From Elusimicrobiota bacterium (GTDB lineage Bacteria > Elusimicrobiota > Elusimicrobia > F11), in contig JBGAON010000001.1 in NCBI GenBank assembly GCA_044221725.1, positions 320,001-384,000 of the forward strand: DNA of 64,000 nt, in the 5' to 3' direction. The translations under genes were made by a program, and so were the position numbers. The notes below the pieces were generated by a model. It saw only the letters and a program-made list of their open reading frames with translations, ran no database searches and was not told the origin of the DNA. Below are positions 9,494 to 17,841 of the stretch, piece after piece (position 1 is the stretch's first letter; the number at the start of each line of letters is the position of its first letter).

Positions 9494-9831
9494 AAAAAAT
9501 AGAAGCGGTAATTCGACCTGACAGTTTGGATGGTGTTATGTCGGCGCTCGAACAGAAAGGATATCCAGGAATCATGGTCACCGAAATCGAAGGTCACGGG
9601 AAACAAAAAGGTGTGAGCCAGCAGTGGCGCGGCCAAGAATACAAGGTGGACCTGCTACCAAAAGTGAAAATCGAGTTGGTGGTTGCGGACAAAGAAGCCG
9701 AAGACATCATCAGCACGATTATCAAGGTGACGAAAACCGGCAAGATTGGAGATGGAAAAATCTTTGTCACCAACTTAGCGGAAGCCGTTCGAATTCGAAC
9801 GGGAGAGCGCGGAGACAGCGCTCTGAACTAA
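9490..9831 (+). CDS. glnK: PII nitrogen regulator 1
   Basis: MKKIEAVIRP, RG.EY T-loop, TGKIGDGKIF, RIRTGE; overlaps the amt stop. Confidence 0.93.
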   Translation: MKKIEAVIRPDSLDGVMSALEQKGYPGIMVTEIEGHGKQKGVSQQWRGQEYKVDLLPKVKIELVVADKEAEDIISTIIKVTKTGKIGDGKIFVTNLAEAVRIRTGERGDSALN

Positions 9832-9855
9832 GTCGTTCTTCATCAGCCGTAAAAT

Positions 9856-9894
9856 ACCGGTCCTCTTGCGTATGCGGGAGGGCCGGTTTTTTTT
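9856..9894 (+). terminator. Intrinsic terminator
   Basis: ACCGGTCCTCTTGC/GCGGGAGGGCCGGT stem followed by a T-run. Confidence 0.85.
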
Positions 9895-9909
9895 AGGAAA
9901 ATCTTCTGG

Positions 9910-9939
9910 TTGACATCAGCGTTTTGCTTATACTAGAGT
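9910..9939 (+). promoter_or_regulatory. Putative sigma70 promoter for amt2
   Basis: TTGACA-N18-TAGAGT immediately upstream of the leader hairpins. Confidence 0.45.
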
Positions 9940-9945
9940 CAGCGC

Positions 9946-10051
9946 GTACCCAACGGCGGGTACAAAAGATTTGCGCATACCGTGACGTGTGCATCGCAGT
10001 GTCGGAACGAAGGCGTTCTCAGCCATTAATTGGCGAGAACGCTTTTTTTTT
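9946..10051 (+). promoter_or_regulatory. ANTAR-type leader with three hexaloop hairpins and a terminator
   Basis: GTACCC-AACGGC-GGGTAC, GCATAC-CGTGAC-GTGTGC and GAAC-GAAGGC-GTTC, the last overlapping terminator GCGTTCTC..GAGAACGC-T-run. Confidence 0.8.
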
Positions 10052-10078
10052 GTCCAAACAAGGCAAAGGAGTTTAAAA

Positions 10079-11599
10079 ATGAATGTAATTAAGAGATTCA
10101 TCAAAGAAATGAAGAAGCCGGAGAAACGTAAGCTGTTTTATGCGTTTCTCGGCGCGAAACTAATTGCGGTCGCTTTGTTGTTCGGTATGTACAACTTGGT
10201 GAGACCGTATCAGGCCTCGAAAGTATGGGCAGAAGATAAGCCCGCCGTTACGGCTCCGGTCGCAGAGGCGCCGGCGATTCCGGCTCCCGCCGCAGCCACT
10301 CCGGAGACGCCAGCGTATATCAACCCGCTTAACACAATGTGGACGCTCATTACCGCCTTCCTTGTGTTTTTCATGCAAGCGGGCTTCATGATGTTGGAGG
10401 CCGGATTCGCGCGAAGCCGCGAGACGATCAATATATTATTGGAAGGTGTTATCGACACCTGCTTGTGCGGTATCCTTTTCTGGGCTTGGGGTTTTGCTTG
10501 GATGTTCGGTTCTGGAAACGGGTTTATTGGAAATCAATATTATTTCCTGCACGGTATTCCCGAAACGTATGGGACGACCGGCGTCGCTACATTGGCATTC
10601 TTCTTATTCCAATTTGCGTTTGCCGACTGTACGTCCACCATTACCTCGGGAGCGATGGTTGGAAGAACCGGATTTATTGGCGATTTGCTTTACAGCTTTA
10701 TCGTCAGCGGATTCATTTATCCAATTCTCGGCCATTGGGCGTGGGGACCGGACGGATTTTTGGCCAGCATTCATCCTGTGGCGTTCCGCGATTTCGCAGG
10801 ATCGACTGTGATTCACACGATCGGTGGAATGATCGCGTTGGCTGGAGCCATTGCCCTTGGTCCACGTCTTGGCCGCAAATTCAAGCGTGACGGTGGCGGC
10901 CCTATGCCGGGTCATGACATGACGATCGCAGCCGTGGGAACGGTCATCCTGTGGTTTGGATGGTACGGGTTCAATCCGGGAAGCACGCTTTCCGCAATGG
11001 ATTACATTGGTATCGGTCGCGTTGCTTGCAACACCACGCTTGCCGCGGTCACCGGTGGAATTGTGGCGCTCTTCTATGTTTATCCACGCACGAAGATCTG
11101 GGATTGCGGCATGACCTGCAACGGTATTCTCGCGGGTCTCGTGGCGATCACTTGTCCTTGTTATTGGGTTTCTCCGGCCGGTTCAATTGTGATCGGCGCG
11201 GTGGCCGGTGTCCTCGTGGTAATTGGAACCGACGTTCTCGAGTATCTTCGCATTGACGATCCGGTCGGTGCGTTCCCTGTGCACGGTATCAATGGAATCT
11301 GGGGCACGCTCTCTCTTGGTCTCTTCGCGACGGGTCAATACGGTGTGCCGAGCGCGACGGGCCCGGATACGTCCGTTGTTATTAAAGGTCTGTTCTACGG
11401 CGGCGGTACCGATCAATTGGTGGCGCAGGTCATTGGTAATGGACTGATTGGCGGATCCGCTTTAATTCTGGGTCTGATTCTCATGTACGCCGTCAAATTG
11501 ACGGGCACGCTCCGTGTGTCTAAAGAAGGAGAATTGCAAGGAATCGACATTCATGAGCATGGTGGGTCAGCGTACCCCGAGCTCACGATCGGCGCATAA
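10079..11599 (+). CDS. amtB: Ammonium transporter (Amt) 2
   Basis: FFMQAGF..LEAG, DFAGSTVIH, WYGFNPGS, DDPVGAFPVH; AAGGAG RBS before ATG 10079. Confidence 0.95.
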   Translation: MNVIKRFIKEMKKPEKRKLFYAFLGAKLIAVALLFGMYNLVRPYQASKVWAEDKPAVTAPVAEAPAIPAPAAATPETPAYINPLNTMWTLITAFLVFFMQAGFMMLEAGFARSRETINILLEGVIDTCLCGILFWAWGFAWMFGSGNGFIGNQYYFLHGIPETYGTTGVATLAFFLFQFAFADCTSTITSGAMVGRTGFIGDLLYSFIVSGFIYPILGHWAWGPDGFLASIHPVAFRDFAGSTVIHTIGGMIALAGAIALGPRLGRKFKRDGGGPMPGHDMTIAAVGTVILWFGWYGFNPGSTLSAMDYIGIGRVACNTTLAAVTGGIVALFYVYPRTKIWDCGMTCNGILAGLVAITCPCYWVSPAGSIVIGAVAGVLVVIGTDVLEYLRIDDPVGAFPVHGINGIWGTLSLGLFATGQYGVPSATGPDTSVVIKGLFYGGGTDQLVAQVIGNGLIGGSALILGLILMYAVKLTGTLRVSKEGELQGIDIHEHGGSAYPELTIGA

Positions 11600-11608
11600 G
11601 GAGATCCT

Positions 11609-11950
11609 ATGAAAAGAATAGAAGCAGTCATTCGGCCGGAAGTGTTGGATCTTGTTCGCCAACAGTTAGAAAAAGTGGGATATCCAGGAATCATGGTGAG
11701 CGAAATTAAAGGCCATGGTAAGCAGCGTGGGGTCAGTCATCAGTTTCGAGGAACAGAATACAAAGAGTATTTCTTATCCAAGATTCGGATTGAACTCATC
11801 GTCCCGGACGCTCAAGTCAAGAAATTGACCGACACGATCTCGGAAGTGTGCCGAACCGGCGAAGTCGGAGACGGTAAAATCTTCGTGACCTCTGTCGATA
11901 ATGCAATGCGTATCCGTACCGGCGAAGCCGGAGATTCAGCTCTCAACTAA
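11609..11950 (+). CDS. glnK: PII nitrogen regulator 2
   Basis: MKRIEAVIRP, FRGTEY, TGEVGDGKIF, RIRTGE. Confidence 0.93.
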   Translation: MKRIEAVIRPEVLDLVRQQLEKVGYPGIMVSEIKGHGKQRGVSHQFRGTEYKEYFLSKIRIELIVPDAQVKKLTDTISEVCRTGEVGDGKIFVTSVDNAMRIRTGEAGDSALN

Positions 11951-11966
11951 AAGTTAACAATGGGAA

Positions 11967-12000
11967 AAGGACCCAAGGCAGAACGGTGCCTTGGGTCCTT
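11967..12000. terminator. Strong 14-bp hairpin after glnK2 (no U-tract on the + strand)
   Basis: AAGGACCCAAGGCA/TGCCTTGGGTCCTT. Confidence 0.55.
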
Positions 12001-12233
12001 CCATCCCAGCGCCTCCGCAGGGCCAATGACCGGCCATTCCAACCTGTAAAATTCCCATCAACTGATTTGTAGCGAACGGCGACCGATTCGCATTGAGCCA
12101 TGTCCGTGAAATAAGCTATACGAATGTCTTCACATTAAGCCAACCTGGAACAATGTCGTTCCCTCAGTATTACACGGAGAAACCAAGGGCGGGTTCTCCG
12201 GTGGCAAAACTAAAAAGGAAGTGTCATTCGCTC

Positions 12234-13811
12234 ATGGTCCAGTTATCTTCGAAAAAATTTTTGATTGGATGTGCGGTGCTCGCCGCTGTCATTTTGGCTT
12301 CACGAATCCCCGTTTCGCCCGCCTTCATTGGTGGAGAAGTTCTATTAACGATTGTTTGTCTATTCGTTTTTGGTTCGACGAAATACCAGCTCGACAAGAA
12401 CGCGCTCACCTACGGCGCTATTATGGTTATCGCCGCGAGTTTTGCGACCGGCTGGTGGCCTTCTTCTGTTTTGCGGTCGGAGCTTCACGCGGAGGGTGCC
12501 ACTGCCATATTTAAATTCATGCGTCACCATCTGTTCACTCTTCATGGTCTCGATGAACTGATTCACGCCGATACCATGCTTTTCATCCTCGGATTGACCT
12601 TTTTTGTTTGCGTCATCGCGCAAACTCGAATCTTGGAGTCCGTAAGCTTCGCGGTGCTCAGAAAAAATAAGGGAGCGGTGTTGCCGACCGTAGCGTTCCT
12701 CACGGCGCTCGTCTCGGTAGCGTCGGGGGTGTTGGACGGCGTTTCGATGATCGGGCTTATGATTCGGACTCTTGTGATCATTTTGTTTTTAGCGAAGGCT
12801 GAGGACGAAGGCGTTATTTTTGCGGTAATTATTTCGACCGTGATCACGACGGTCTGCGGCATGTGGCTTGCTTACGGCGAGCCGCCGAACTTGATCATGA
12901 AAGCGAATCTGGATCCGTTTCTTACCAATGGGTTTTTCATTCGCTACTGCCTGCCCGTGGCTGTTGGCACGTATGGAATTGTTTTCTGGAATCTGAGGAA
13001 GCGCTTGGCGAAGAAAAAAATCAACATGTCGATGGTTGATGAAGATATTGCCGATCGCCGGTTTTATCACGTGGCGCATTACGGTCAACTCGCGGACACG
13101 GCGCACGAAGAAAAAACGCAGGCGTCATCCGAATCTCCTGCATTTCTTGAAACCAAGCCGAAACGGATTCGAGCGCAGGCGATTGGTTACATTTCGTTCA
13201 TTCCATTCGTGAGCCTTTTGATTGCGCATGGGATCAATCACGAAATTCCGCTTTTTTTGGCTTCGGTTTGCGGGTTTGCTGTCGCTTTCATCGGTATCGC
13301 CGGCGTTCCAAAAATGAGGAAATTGGCGATCCGCGAAGCGATCCACGAATACAAAGAATATTTGTTTCTTTTTCCTCTTTTCCTTTCAATTGCGTTGCTG
13401 CAAAAGTCTGGTTTTTTCAAAGAAATGTCAGTGTGGTTGCATAACGGAATAGAGTCTCTTGGGACGTGCGTGATGGCGTTTGTCCAATTCACTGCCGCGT
13501 GTTTGTTGTCCGCGCTTCTCGATAACAACGTTGTCGCCGATTTTGCGAGCCGTGCGTTACACGGATTGGACGTAACTGTGCTTCACCTGTTTTCGATGGC
13601 GCAGATCGCTGGTTATGCGGCGGGCGGATGTTGGACGCATATTGGGTCGGCTCAATCGGTTGTTGCTTACGCGTTTATTCTAAAGGAAGTAAATCCAGCG
13701 TACACTCCTTTCCAATGGATTCGCGCAATGACGCCGGTTATTCTTCAGATTTTTGCGTTAATGGTTGGTATTATCTATCTCGAAAGTTGCTTCCTAAATG
13801 TCCTGCAATAA
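12234..13811 (+). CDS. Ion-transporter superfamily permease (NhaD/NhaB/ArsB/SLC13-like); start uncertain
   Basis: Many TM segments; SGVLDGVS, GEPPNLI, SALLDN and HIGSAQSVV helical-hairpin motifs. Confidence 0.72.
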   Translation: MVQLSSKKFLIGCAVLAAVILASRIPVSPAFIGGEVLLTIVCLFVFGSTKYQLDKNALTYGAIMVIAASFATGWWPSSVLRSELHAEGATAIFKFMRHHLFTLHGLDELIHADTMLFILGLTFFVCVIAQTRILESVSFAVLRKNKGAVLPTVAFLTALVSVASGVLDGVSMIGLMIRTLVIILFLAKAEDEGVIFAVIISTVITTVCGMWLAYGEPPNLIMKANLDPFLTNGFFIRYCLPVAVGTYGIVFWNLRKRLAKKKINMSMVDEDIADRRFYHVAHYGQLADTAHEEKTQASSESPAFLETKPKRIRAQAIGYISFIPFVSLLIAHGINHEIPLFLASVCGFAVAFIGIAGVPKMRKLAIREAIHEYKEYLFLFPLFLSIALLQKSGFFKEMSVWLHNGIESLGTCVMAFVQFTAACLLSALLDNNVVADFASRALHGLDVTVLHLFSMAQIAGYAAGGCWTHIGSAQSVVAYAFILKEVNPAYTPFQWIRAMTPVILQIFALMVGIIYLESCFLNVLQ

Positions 13812-13841
13812 TTTTATGTTCGGCAGCGATTTTTCTACGAA

Positions 13842-14561
13842 TTGAAAAAGGCGAATACAAAATTGCGTCCGTTCCGATATCAAAAGGCCCCTTTGTCGCA
13901 TGCTGAAGGTTCGTGCATTGTCACCATGGGCGTCACGCAGGTTGTGTGCGTGGCGACCGTCGAAGACGGCGCGCCGAAGCACGCGGAAGAAAAGGGGACC
14001 GGTTGGATTACCGCCGAATACGCCATGCTCCCACGCGCCGGAGAGCGACGTAGCCCGCGCAGCAAAGTCACGAGCGGCGGGCGCGTGCAGGAAATTTCTC
14101 GTTTGATCGGTCGCTCGTTGCGCGCCGTCGTGGATCTCTCGAAACTCGGGCCCCGCACGATCACAATTGATTGCGATGTTTTACGAGCGGATGGGGGCAC
14201 GCGAACCGCTTCAATTAACGGTGGTTTTATCGCGCTCGTTCAGGCGCTTCGGCATCTGGAAAGGAAAGGAGCTTTGCCCGCTTGGCCGTTGCGCGACTTT
14301 GTCGGAGCGGTTTCGGTCGGGATTTACAAAGGACGCCCCGTTTTGGATTTGTGCTACGAAGAGGATAAGGATGCCGAAGCCGATGTGAACGTGGTGATGA
14401 CCGGCTCCGGCAAACTTATCGAAATCCAGGGCACCGCCGAAGGGCGTCCGTTTTCGCAAAATGATCTCCAAAATTTAATTCGGATCGCGCACCGCGGGAT
14501 TCGCCGTATTGTGCAGCACCAAAAGAAAACACTCGGTTCTTTGTCCGCAAAACGTAAATGA
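13842..14561 (+). CDS. rph: Ribonuclease PH
   Basis: GWITAEYAMLP, EISRLIGRSLR, ADGGTRTASING, IEIQGTAE. Confidence 0.95.
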   Translation: MKKANTKLRPFRYQKAPLSHAEGSCIVTMGVTQVVCVATVEDGAPKHAEEKGTGWITAEYAMLPRAGERRSPRSKVTSGGRVQEISRLIGRSLRAVVDLSKLGPRTITIDCDVLRADGGTRTASINGGFIALVQALRHLERKGALPAWPLRDFVGAVSVGIYKGRPVLDLCYEEDKDAEADVNVVMTGSGKLIEIQGTAEGRPFSQNDLQNLIRIAHRGIRRIVQHQKKTLGSLSAKRK

Positions 14562-15175
14562 ATTCCTTCCCATTGGACGAACTTGTGTTGGCCACAAACA
14601 ACAAACACAAGGTGACCGAGATCAGAGCCATTCTGCGCAAGGCGCGGATCAAAATAAAAGTGATGACGCTCGACGCGTTTCCGAAACGCCGGCCAACCGT
14701 AGAAGACAAAAACACGCTGCGAGGAAATGCGGGGAAGAAAGCGCGCGAAGTTGCAAAGCACACAAACCGATTGGCGTTGGCCGACGACACAGGGCTCTTC
14801 GTAAAGGCGCTGAGGGGAAAACCTGGGGTTTATTCCGCGCGATTCGCCGGACCGGGTTGCACATTTGACGACAACAACCGAAAAATTTTGAGGCTTATGA
14901 AAAAAGTGGCACCCAGCAGGCGCCAGGCCTCGTTTCGTTGCGTGGCCGCGCTCGCAACACCGAAAGGGGCCGTGGTCAGTGTGGAAGGACGGATTGAAGG
15001 AGCTATTGCAGTCGAGCCGCGGGGTATGCACGGTTTTGGTTATGACCCAATTTTCATGGTTCCGAAATACAGAAAAACTTTCGCTGAACTTGGCGCCTCC
15101 GTCAAAAACAAAATCAGCCACCGCGCCAAAGCATTTTCCGCTGTTCCATCTCTTCTGCGAAAAATCAAGAAATAG
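14558..15175 (+). CDS. rdgB: dITP/XTP pyrophosphatase (Ham1 family)
   Basis: ATNNKHK..E, DDTGL, PGVYSAR, GFGYDPIF, SHR. Confidence 0.95.
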   Translation: MNSFPLDELVLATNNKHKVTEIRAILRKARIKIKVMTLDAFPKRRPTVEDKNTLRGNAGKKAREVAKHTNRLALADDTGLFVKALRGKPGVYSARFAGPGCTFDDNNRKILRLMKKVAPSRRQASFRCVAALATPKGAVVSVEGRIEGAIAVEPRGMHGFGYDPIFMVPKYRKTFAELGASVKNKISHRAKAFSAVPSLLRKIKK

Positions 15176-15177
15176 TG

Positions 15178-15250
15178 CGTCCCCGGCAGGAATCGAACCT
15201 GCGACCCACAGCTTAGAAGGCTGTTGCTCTTCCAACTGAGCTACGGGGAC
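15178..15250 (-). tRNA. tRNA-Arg(TCT)
   Basis: Reverse complement GTCCCCG..ACAGC-CTTCTAA-GCTGT..TTCGATT..CGGGGACG. Confidence 0.95.
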
Positions 15251-15348
15251 AAAACCGACGGCAAAATCTAGCATTAGCATTGGAAAATAGAAATTCGAGA
15301 GGGAATTTTTCCCCTTGAAAGGCCGAGACGTTGCTGTTAAGCAATGGC

Positions 15349-16458
15349 ATGGCCGACATCAAGCAGAACCTCAAACAAACCGTCTCGCCAAACGTGATTC
15401 AACGAACCGTATTGGTGGGACGCGTCAAAATGGCACAGGCCATCAAGATGCCCGAATCCGAATGGGCGAAACTGGTTTCCGATATTGAACACGATACGCT
15501 TTTTCAAGAGTTGGTAAACGCTCGCGCCGAGGGCAAACGTATCATTAAATTTAAACGCTTCGCCCGCACCGGTCTTGCCGGGCAGTTCTATGACAGCCAA
15601 GACGTCGACGTTGCCGGAGGCGGTGGCCTTTCTCCTGAGGCATTGCTCGAGCAGAAAAAGCATTTGCTCACAATCATCGAAAAAATCGGGCAAGAGAATT
15701 TTGAGAAGCACTTCTTGTACCGCGAAGGAAGTGAAACGGCAGAAGATATTGCTGGAATTTGCGGTCTGACGATGGACGAGGCCAAACAAGTTCAGGAGTT
15801 CGTAGTCGATATGTCCGTTCAAGCCGAGTTTTATCATCCCTCGCATCTTCAGCCGTCGGAGCTCGCTCGCCCCACATTAATAGGACGAATCGTTCAAAAC
15901 GAGGACCATACATTCTCGATCGCTTTTTTCTCTCCGCATCTGGCGCGTGGTATGTACGAGATCGATCGGGACGCTCTGCGGCGTTGGCAAAGATCAAAAA
16001 AATTGGACAGGGCCGCAGCGGCGCGTTTGCGAAAGTACGTGGGAATTTTGGAGCTTTCGAACATGAAGCAAGGGGCGTTTTGGCGCGTGATTGATTATCT
16101 GCTCAAGGCACAGAAAGAATATTTTGAGACCCAGGATCCCACGAAAATGAGCCCGGTATCGCTCCGAAAGGTCGCGGCCCATCTGCAGTTTGCGCCAAGC
16201 ACGATCAGTCGCGTGCTGGCTTCAAAGAGCGTGTTGCTGCCGTGGGACCGAGAAGTGGCTTTATTGAATCTGATGCCAGGGCAGCGCCGAATAATTCTCG
16301 AAGTGATGAGCCGCATCGCCGGCGAAGGCAGCCCCCATGTAACCGATATGGCGTTGGCTCGCAAGATTGAAGAACGATTTAAACTGAAGATTTCTCGCCG
16401 TACCGTGACAGCCTGCCGGCACGTCCTTGAAAAACAACGCCGCGCCGAAGCCGCCTAA
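15349..16458 (+). CDS. Divergent sigma54 (RpoN)-like protein
   Basis: Gln/Leu-rich region-I-like N-terminus, Q..YF...P..L..VA..L....STISR HTH, RpoN-box-like ISRRTVTACR. Confidence 0.72.
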   Translation: MADIKQNLKQTVSPNVIQRTVLVGRVKMAQAIKMPESEWAKLVSDIEHDTLFQELVNARAEGKRIIKFKRFARTGLAGQFYDSQDVDVAGGGGLSPEALLEQKKHLLTIIEKIGQENFEKHFLYREGSETAEDIAGICGLTMDEAKQVQEFVVDMSVQAEFYHPSHLQPSELARPTLIGRIVQNEDHTFSIAFFSPHLARGMYEIDRDALRRWQRSKKLDRAAAARLRKYVGILELSNMKQGAFWRVIDYLLKAQKEYFETQDPTKMSPVSLRKVAAHLQFAPSTISRVLASKSVLLPWDREVALLNLMPGQRRIILEVMSRIAGEGSPHVTDMALARKIEERFKLKISRRTVTACRHVLEKQRRAEAA

Positions 16459-16497
16459 TTACCAACCCACTTCATTGCCCGTGCTATAATCCCCGTC

Positions 16498-17022
16498 GTG
16501 TTTCGCACTGTCTTGTTGTCTTTCAATCGATGTTGTTTGATGCTCGTGCTCACCGGAGTTTTGCCGTTGTGTGCAGAAGAGGCTTTTAGCACCCCTGTCG
16601 ATTCCAATCCGATAACGGAGCCATCCCACGCAGCGGTCCCCGCTGATGGGAAGGTGGCGTTTAAGGATCATCCGAAGGTCTTGGAAATTGAGAGTCTCTG
16701 GGATGCCGGAAACAAATCACGAGCAAACCGGGTTCTTAACTCTTGGATGAAACAAGAGAAGCATTCACCGTATCCGTGGGTTGAGTCCGCGGCGCTGCGG
16801 TTTCGCGAAAAGAAATATAAGAATGCGTTAGCGCTTTCGAAAGAGGCGTTGGAAAAATCGCCGCAATGCGCCGAAGCCTATTACTGGCGAGGCCGCAGCT
16901 ACGAAGCGATGAACAAACCGCTCGATGCTGCCAACGAATACCGCGCGGCGTTGCTAGCGAAAGCGAAATACGAAGAAGCCCAAGAAGGTTTGGACCGCGT
17001 GTCCGCTGTTTTGGGATCGTAA
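16498..17022 (+). CDS. Secreted TPR protein
   Basis: Signal-like N-terminus; TPR pattern AEAYYWRG..Y..A..EY..AL. Confidence 0.7.
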   Translation: MFRTVLLSFNRCCLMLVLTGVLPLCAEEAFSTPVDSNPITEPSHAAVPADGKVAFKDHPKVLEIESLWDAGNKSRANRVLNSWMKQEKHSPYPWVESAALRFREKKYKNALALSKEALEKSPQCAEAYYWRGRSYEAMNKPLDAANEYRAALLAKAKYEEAQEGLDRVSAVLGS

Positions 17023-17036
17023 CAACAAAATTTTAT

Positions 17037-17119
17037 GCGCAGGTGGTGGAACGGCAGACACGCCAGCCTCAGGAGCTGGTGGGCGAAAGCCCTTGCAGGT
17101 TCAAATCCTGTCCTGCGCA
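17037..17119 (+). tRNA. tRNA-Leu(CAG)
   Basis: GCGCAGG/CCTGCGC acceptor, CCAGC-CTCAGGA-GCTGG anticodon arm, long variable arm. Confidence 0.95.
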
Positions 17120-17135
17120 AAATTTCGATTGCTAG

Positions 17136-17627
17136 ATGAAGAGAGACGAAGACAAAAAAGATTCCCGCAAAGTTGTTGCTTCCAACCGCCGGGCTTCCGC
17201 CAAATACGAGATCATTGAGACATTGGAAGCAGGAATGGTGTTGACGGGGCCCGAAGTGAAATCGCTGAGGGACGGAGGCGCGAGCCTTCAGGATGGATTC
17301 GCCCGCGTTGATGGGGAACAGGCCTTTCTGTGGAATGTTCACATTGCGCCCTACAACATGGGGTCGTTGCATGTAACTCAAGATCCGGTGCGGACGCGCA
17401 AGTTGTTGTTGCACCACAAAGAAATCCTGCGGTGGATGGGACGAACGATGGTCAAAGGTCTCACGATCGTGCCGCTAGAAATTTATTTCAACAAGCGTGG
17501 GAAAGCGAAAATTGTTCTCGCGCTCGCAAAAGGAAAGCGTGGGCCAGACCGTCGCGATGAAATCAAGCGCCGAACCGTTGACCGTGAGCTCCGCAAAGAA
17601 TTCGCTGGTAAGCAGCGCATAAAATAA
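17136..17627 (+). CDS. smpB: SsrA-binding protein
   Basis: NRRA...Y, EAG.VL.G.EVKSLR, R.RKLLLH..EI, G.TIVPL. Confidence 0.96.
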   Translation: MKRDEDKKDSRKVVASNRRASAKYEIIETLEAGMVLTGPEVKSLRDGGASLQDGFARVDGEQAFLWNVHIAPYNMGSLHVTQDPVRTRKLLLHHKEILRWMGRTMVKGLTIVPLEIYFNKRGKAKIVLALAKGKRGPDRRDEIKRRTVDRELRKEFAGKQRIK

Positions 17628-17687
17628 TTTTGTACATCGTCCATGGTCCATATCTATAGGCCATAGACTGTGCGCCGTAAGCGTATT

Positions 17688-17774
17688 GGAGAGGTGCCTG
17701 AGTGGTTGAAAGGGCTCGCCTCGAAAGCGTGTAGGGTCGTAAGACTCTCGTGGGTTCGAATCCCACCCTCTCCG
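17688..17774 (+). tRNA. tRNA-Ser(CGA)
   Basis: GGAGAGG/CCTCTCC acceptor, loop CTCGAAA, long variable arm. Confidence 0.93.
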
Positions 17775-17841
17775 GGTCAGTCAAATGGTCTATGGTCCAG
17801 GACCTATCGTTTATGGACTCAACGACCCCGCGACTCTTACA

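Noticed and set aside
9900..9935. Sigma54 -24/-12 promoter before amt2 (and amt1)
   Set aside because: The GG to GC spacing is not N10
14354..15280. 308-aa minus-strand ORF
   Set aside because: Antisense to rph/rdgB and runs through tRNA-Arg; spurious
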